DNA of 28,499 bases, from contig NW_021833492.1 in NCBI RefSeq assembly GCF_006345805.1, forward strand, positions 1-28,499, read 5' to 3'. The DNA comes from Octopus sinensis. Its lineage: Eukaryota. Both the position numbers and the translations under genes were made by a program. Below are positions 23,104 to 28,499 of the stretch, in pieces; position 1 is the stretch's first letter; the number at the start of each line of letters is the position of its first letter. A model generated the notes under the pieces. That model ran no database searches. It was given only the letters and a program-made list of their open reading frames with translations, and was not told the origin of the DNA.

Positions 23104-23451
23104 TGTGTTAGATTATAAGGCATCAAAGAGAGAATGACACAACAGAATATGCTTCAACACACGAACTCACATAAAGAATCTTGCAAACCAAATCCCAAAA
23201 CATGAAAATATAAATATTCTAATATATTGCTATACAGCGACTTGACTGCATACAAGAAACTTGTACAATCTAAACATAACCTCCTCAGCTAGTTTCATTT
23301 TCTACTGCAATTACAAAATGTAAATAAATACTGATTTCATTTCGCTAGGAATAATTATAAAGTACGGAATGTTTATTCTAGTAATCCACTCTAACACAAA
23401 ATATTAAAAATTTAAATTCTGTTTAAGGCATGAATACAAGAGAGGTTGTTG

Positions 23452-23596
23452 TTGTTGTTGTTTGTGGTGCTGGTGCTGGTGTTGCTGCTGTTGTCTTCTT
23501 CATCTTCTTCTTCATCGTCTTCTCCTTCTTTTTCTTCTTCTCTTCTTCTTCTTCTTCTTCTTCTTCTTCTTCTTCTTCTTCTTCTTCTTCTTCTTC
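23452..23596. repeat. (GTT)/(GCT)/(CTT)n triplet repeats
   Basis: Read directly. Confidence 0.93.
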
Positions 23597-23892
23597 CAAT
23601 CAGGACTCACGCTATTAACCACAAAGAATAATCTCTAAATCGAGCCTACTCTAAGCTACTAAGAATGCGTGTGGCAACTTGAAGATCCACCCCCACAATC
23701 ACACGCGATAGACTGGCGATTGCCCGGGCGCGAAAGATATGTTGTTATCCTCATTCCGTAAACGGTGGCTTTTAACGGGTGGAGAGCAGAACCATCCAGG
23801 GATACAGAGGATTCGCAATCTAGACTAGGGTCTGAAAGTTTACCACACCATAGTGGGTTACACCATGATTCCGCTGGTTTGTGTCGGGAAGT

Positions 23893-24079
23893 AGGAAGAA
23901 ATAGTGAGAGAAAGTTGTGGTGAAAGAGTACAGTGAGATTCACCACCCACCCCCGCCGGATCCGCATGGAGCTTAGGTGTTTTTGCTCAATAAACACTCA
24001 CAATGCCCGGTCTGGGAATCGAAACCGCGTTCTTACGACCGCGAATCCGCTTCCCTAACCTCTGGGCCACTGCGCCTCC
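23893..24079 (-). mobile_element. tRNA-derived SINE (family C), 3'-truncated
   Basis: The reverse complement reads ggaggcgcagtggcccagaggttaggg (A-box) ... ggtttcgattccc (B-box). Confidence 0.8.
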
Positions 24080-24080
24080 A

Positions 24081-24087
24081 CTGCTGC

Positions 24088-24124
<37 letters not shown>

Positions 24125-24204
24125 GCTGCTGCTGTTGTTGTTGTTGTTGTTGATGATGATGATGATGATGACGACGACGACGACGATGATGATGATGATA
24201 ATGG

Positions 24205-24244
<40 letters not shown>

Positions 24245-24250
24245 AACGAC
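24081..24250. repeat. (GTT)n(GCT)n(GAT)n(GAC)n triplet array
   Basis: Read directly. Confidence 0.95.
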
Positions 24251-24564
24251 GACATTGTCTTCGTAGTTGCTGCAGCTATTAGCTTCAGGTCAGCGTTGGT
24301 AAAATCTCTGCTCCAAGTCACTCGAGGCGCTACATTTCCATATTTTCAGAAATATCTGATGGCAAAATGCAATTATTTCCAACATGCCAGTCACCACCGA
24401 GAAAACTTTTTCTCGATGGTTCAAGATTTACTGAATTGCATTTAATCCCAGACTCATTCATAACGAAATACATTCATCCATAAATATATATGTATACATA
24501 CACACACTCATACACGCACATACACATGCACACACACATACATATACATACATATATATATAGA

Positions 24565-24617
24565 GAGCTTCCTGATGATTTCTCTTGAATGAAACAGTTC
24601 TAGTCCTGTAGAAGCTC
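24565..24617 (+). ncRNA. Type I hammerhead with an intact core and a partly deleted stem I 5' arm (family Y)
   Basis: gagcuuc-CUGAUGA-uuuc ucuu gaau-GAAAC-aguucua-GUC/cugua gaagcuc; predicted cut after C24605; stem II is weak. Confidence 0.65.
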
Positions 24618-24702
24618 CTTCTATATAATAAATTAATTTTACTCTGCTATGTATTGAGTACCTTATTTACTGTGGTTAACCCCGAATCAACCAGGACCTT
24701 AC
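24565..24702 (+). mobile_element. Family Y mini-element ending at (TA)n
   Basis: Near-identical to 6453-6555 downstream of the core. Confidence 0.8.
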
Positions 24703-24814
24703 ATATATATATATATACATACATGTATACATATATGTGTTTGCATGCATATATTTATATATACAAGTATATCTATGTATATGCATATAAACATACGCAT
24801 ATCTATATCTATCT

Positions 24815-24821
24815 ATGTGTG

Positions 24822-24852
<31 letters not shown>

Positions 24853-24963
24853 TGTGTTGTTGTTTGTGTGTGTGGGTGTTGTGTGTTGTGTGTTGTGTGT
24901 GTGTGTGTGTGTGTGTGTTGTGTGTGTGTGTGTGTGTGTGGTGTGTGTGTGTGTGTGTGTGTG
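24815..24963. repeat. (TG)n interrupted microsatellite
   Basis: Read directly. Confidence 0.95.
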
Positions 24964-25014
24964 TTATAGTGACGGAAATGTATAGGGGCAGGCCTGGATT
25001 TGAGATGAAAAAAA

Positions 25015-25380
25015 AATCTTGCTTCCCAGCCTCATGGTTCTAGCTTCAGTCCCACTGCGTGGCACCTCGGGGAAAATATATCCTACTATAGCCTCGCGCC
25101 GACCAATCTTATGAATGGATTTAATAGAAGCCCGTCATGTGTCTATGTGTATTTGTGTGTGTGCGTGTGTGTGACTTTGTTTCTGTGTTTGTCCCGCACC
25201 AGCGTTTGACAAGTGGTACTGGCGTATTTATGTCCCAATAAAGTAGCAGTGCCGCAAAATATACCGAAAGAATAAGTACCAGCCTTAATTAAGCACTGAG
25301 GTCAATTCAACCGACTAAAATTTCAAGGCGGTGCCCCAGCATGGTCGCAGTCTAATGACTGAAACAGGTAAAAGATAAAA
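25015..25380 (+). mobile_element. Diverged SINE family A relative
   Basis: 'ttcagtcccactgcgtggcacc', 'ctactatagcctcg' and tail 'aatgactgaaacaggtaaaagataaaa'. Confidence 0.8.
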
Positions 25381-25403
25381 AAATACATATACAGGTACAT
25401 ATA

Positions 25404-25605
25404 TTTGTTTCAGTCATTTGATAGCAGCCATACTGGAGCACCGCCTTTAGACGAATAAATCGACACCAAGACATTCTTTGTAAGCCTAGTACTTATTCTA
25501 AGGATCATTTTTGCCGAACCGGTAATTTAAGGTGCCACACAGTGGGACTGAGCCCAGAACCATGTGACTGGTAAGCTAGCTTCTTCTTACCACACAGCCA
25601 CGCCT
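25404..25605 (-). mobile_element. SINE family A with a large internal deletion
   Basis: Tail and head both match the 3806 copy; the middle is absent. Confidence 0.85.
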
Positions 25606-25700
25606 ATATATATATGTGTGTAAAGAAATATATATATATATATATGTGTGTAAAGAAATATATATATATATATATGTGTGTAAAAAATATATATATATAT
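25606..25700. repeat. 30-bp minisatellite x3 (gtgtgtaaagaaa(TA)n)
   Basis: Units in phase at 25621, 25651 and 25681. Confidence 0.85.
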
Positions 25701-25708
25701 ATACTTTA

Positions 25709-25899
25709 TTTAAAGCAGCATAAAATTCAACAAAACTGTTACTCTGAGTTTCACGTTCCCGTTCGTCGGCAACGGGAACGTGAAACTCAGAGTAACAGGT
25801 TTTGTTGAATTTTCTGCTGCTTTAAAAAAAAGCATATTACTCTACCACTGGTATTTGAGTACTCTTTTTTCCACTGTTTCACATTTATGTGTTTACTCC

Positions 25900-25901
<2 letters not shown>
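25709..25901 (+). mobile_element. Second family X element with the palindrome centre deleted
   Basis: Inverted arms span 25709-25826; the tail 25832-25901 is the reverse complement of 13380-13445; it ends at (TA)n. Confidence 0.85.

Positions 25902-25977
<76 letters not shown>
25902..25977. repeat. Pure (TA)n microsatellite
   Basis: Read directly. Confidence 0.98.
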
Positions 25978-25980
<3 letters not shown>

Positions 25981-26132
25981 GTACCCCCTTACCATGGTTG
26001 TCTGTTCGAACAGACTCTACTGCAATTTCTTAACCCGAGAGGACATTGCCTATAGCTGGCTAACGATGCAAAGCTGCACCCGATAAATTGCGAGCAGGGG
26101 AGCGGACCCCTGTTACGTTCTAGTGACAGGAT

Positions 26133-26181
26133 CAGCATTCCAGTTCTAGTTTCGGGCTATTTCTGCCACTCTTCAGTAATG
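26133..26181 (-). ncRNA. Type I hammerhead with the cleavage triplet mutated (GAA)
   Basis: cauua-CUGAAGA-GUGGC(AGAAAUA)GCCC-GAAAC-UAGAACUG-GAA-ugcug. Confidence 0.65.
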
Positions 26182-26461
26182 GACAGCTCGACTACTAAAG
26201 ATGTCAGTAAGCGAACACACAGTCGCTGATTTTGCAACGTGCAAAAATGCTAGTTCTAAAATCTTTCTGAGAGATCGACGCAGTAGTTATACTGACAAGT
26301 AATATTCGTAGCCTCTTTAACATGGCTGTAAATTAAGAAAGATTATACTGCGATGTTTTAACCCCAAGAGGATATCTCCTCTAACTGGTTAACAATGCAC
26401 AGCTGCATCCAATAAATTGCGAGCAGGGGAGCAAACCCCTACCACATTCTAGCAACGTGAT

Positions 26462-26510
26462 CAGCATACCAGTTCTGGTTTCGGGCTATTTCTTCCACTC
26501 CTCAGTGTCG
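26462..26510 (-). ncRNA. Type I hammerhead with an intact core and GUA site
   Basis: cgaca-CUGAGGA-GUGGA(AGAAAUA)GCCC-GAAA-CCAG(AA)CUGG-UA/ugcug. Stem III is fully paired, while stems I and II are weakened; predicted cut between 26467 and 26466. Confidence 0.7.
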
Positions 26511-26912
26511 CACACCTCGTCTGCTCGCATGGTTTCCTTATCCTGTTTTTATTCTTTATGTGTACTGTATTTTTTTTGTATTTGCATTTGTATTTTTATT
26601 TGTATTTTTATTTGTATTGCTTTTATGTCCTGTTCTTGTCACATTTTTTTCTTTCTTTGTTTCTACCCCTCTGCAAAGGAATTTTATTTAATTCTTTTGC
26701 AGGAAGGACTAGTTCGGCGGGTCGTGTTCTGTCCTTACCTTCGAAACACGCATGGAGTCAAACCAGAGACAGCTGATGAAAGGGAATATTCCTTGTATTG
26801 TTTGTCTTGTACTCTGTTTTTTCGTTGTTAAAAAGAAGTCCGTTTCCATGTTTGTTTTTATGTTTTCGTTTCTCGTTGAGTTATACGTCTATTTGTGGTG
26901 TCCTGTACTCAT
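26507..26912 (+). mobile_element. Family Z repeat (second copy) with a half-hammerhead
   Basis: Homologous to 5983-6312; 'gacag-CTGATGA-aagg gaatatt cctt'; ends at (TA)n. Confidence 0.7.
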
Positions 26913-27106
26913 ATATATATATATATATGCATGTAGATGTAGGTACACACATATATGTATGTATGTATGCATATATTTATTTATAAATTATGTATATAGA
27001 TATATATATATATTATATAATTTAATATAATAAAATATATGCATTATACATACATATATGGGTTATAAATAATACATATATGTATGTATATATATATATA
27101 TTTCAA

Positions 27107-27355
27107 GGGAACACACAGTCACTGATTTTGCAACAAGCAAAACTATGGCTGTCCGTTCGAACGGACAATACTTCAGTACTAAGGAGTGGCAGAAATAACC
27201 CGAAACCAGAACTAGTATGCTGGTCCCGTCGCTAGAAAGTGGTAGGAGTTCGGTCCCCTGCTTACAATTTATCAGATGCAGCTGAGCATCGTTAAGCATC
27301 TTGGGGATAAAACTTCGCAGCAGAGTGTGTTTAAATGGACAGCCATGTCGAAGTG
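27107..27355 (+). mobile_element. Rearranged (partly inverted) third copy of the 329-bp unit
   Basis: 27110-27135 matches 26213-26238 in the same orientation, and 27165-27350 is the reverse complement of the unit. Confidence 0.7.
27174..27222 (+). ncRNA. Type I hammerhead with a G5A core mutation
   Basis: cagua-CUAAGGA-GUGGC(AGAAAUA)ACCC-GAAAC-CAGAACUA-GUA-ugcug; 5-bp stem I. Confidence 0.6.
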
Positions 27356-27449
27356 GATATATATCTATGTATCCACACACACATGTATACATACATGGAT
27401 ATATATATATATCAGTATATATATATATCAGTAATATGATATATATATA

Positions 27450-27484
<35 letters not shown>

Positions 27485-27703
27485 CATATAGTATGTGTGT
27501 GCCGATTGCGTTTCTTGCGTTCTTCAGACAACGAAAACCATCTTTGCAATTAATATACGCCATATATTAGCAATCCGTCTGCAGATGTTACAAACATTTT
27601 CAGGTCGAAGAGACATCACGTATATATTCACACTTCATATGTATATATCTATACATATATCTGTGTGTTTATGTATCCATACATACATATATTATATATA
27701 TAT

Positions 27704-27736
<33 letters not shown>

Positions 27737-28499
27737 CATATATATATTAGATATATATATATATAATACATATATATATATATATCTAAGAATTAGTTGC
27801 GCAATGAGAATAGATAATCAAGGCTGTGTAGACACAACATTATAGATAGGTCTTACAGCTGTTTTCCAGGATCATATATTATATCGAAGAGGTTTGAGAA
27901 GATGTTAGGATATATATACATATTATATATATACATATTATATATATATATATATATATATTTATATTGCTAATGTAATCCTAAATAACACCTACGTTAT
28001 TCATCCAATCTTCATTCATATTTCCCAATGTAATTCTTTGTATATTACACCCTCATGATAAGGCACATCCGTTTTTCTACCATTTCTCTCGCATAAACTT
28101 TTAGAAATATTATACATATATTTTAGGTTTCAGCAGCATTTTGCCGTTCAATATTAGCTAAATTTTAAACGATAAATCCTTCATAGTCGTTTGCTTGTAT
28201 TTGAGAATTCCTGAACATAGTCCTCAAATAAGTCATTTCGTTACTCCAAACTAAAAATATACTTATTTTTCCTGAGGAGATCTAACAATATACCGCTTAT
28301 TACATCGATAAAACTTGCAATTATTGATGATTCAAAAATATTGTTATATTGATATTTTTGGATATTAGATATTTTGGGGTTGTTTTGTTGATGCGATTCC
28401 TTTTATACTTGTTCTTATAGGTATATCTTTTAATCTTATAATTTGTATTATTTTCCATTTCTAATACATATAAAACGAACTAAATATTTCTTATTTTCT

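Larger units (their letters stand above)
25982..26510 (-). mobile_element. Tandem retrozyme-like repeat with a 329-bp period and one hammerhead per unit
   Basis: Direct repeat of about 25995-26181 at about 26320-26510; HHRs at 26133 and 26462. Confidence 0.7.

Noticed and set aside
23659-23890. GC-richer segment with a 112-aa minus ORF
   Set aside because: The ORF partly runs through the family C SINE; the remainder is unassignable.
27515-27545. Minus-strand CUGAAGA-acgcaa-GAAAC
   Set aside because: The spacer is too short for stem II and there is no UH site with a pairing stem I.

Overview
AT-rich, microsatellite-dense, non-coding eukaryotic DNA. The SINE repertoire resembles what I recall for Octopus (coleoid cephalopod); this is recognition, not a database result. 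No intact protein-coding gene is supportable, and most track ORFs are translations of (TA)n/(CA)n/(TAGA)n/triplet repeats. The window holds about 12 tRNA-derived SINE copies from 4 families, including a trimer and a chimeric dimer each flanked by one TSD. It also holds several decayed RTE-like LINE fragments. The main finding is about 10 type I hammerhead ribozyme (HHR) motifs plus relics, readable base by base on both strands. They head at least 5 families of short non-coding elements whose 3' ends mostly abut (TA)n tracts. These include a palindrome with a hammerhead on each strand (13446-13613), a 329-bp tandem retrozyme-like unit (25982-26510), a U3:A8 core variant (about 23003-23047), and a hammerhead reconstructable from two complementary defective copies (6439 and 24565). 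The architecture resembles non-autonomous Penelope-like/retrozyme elements. Cleavage activity and mobility are inferred, not shown.
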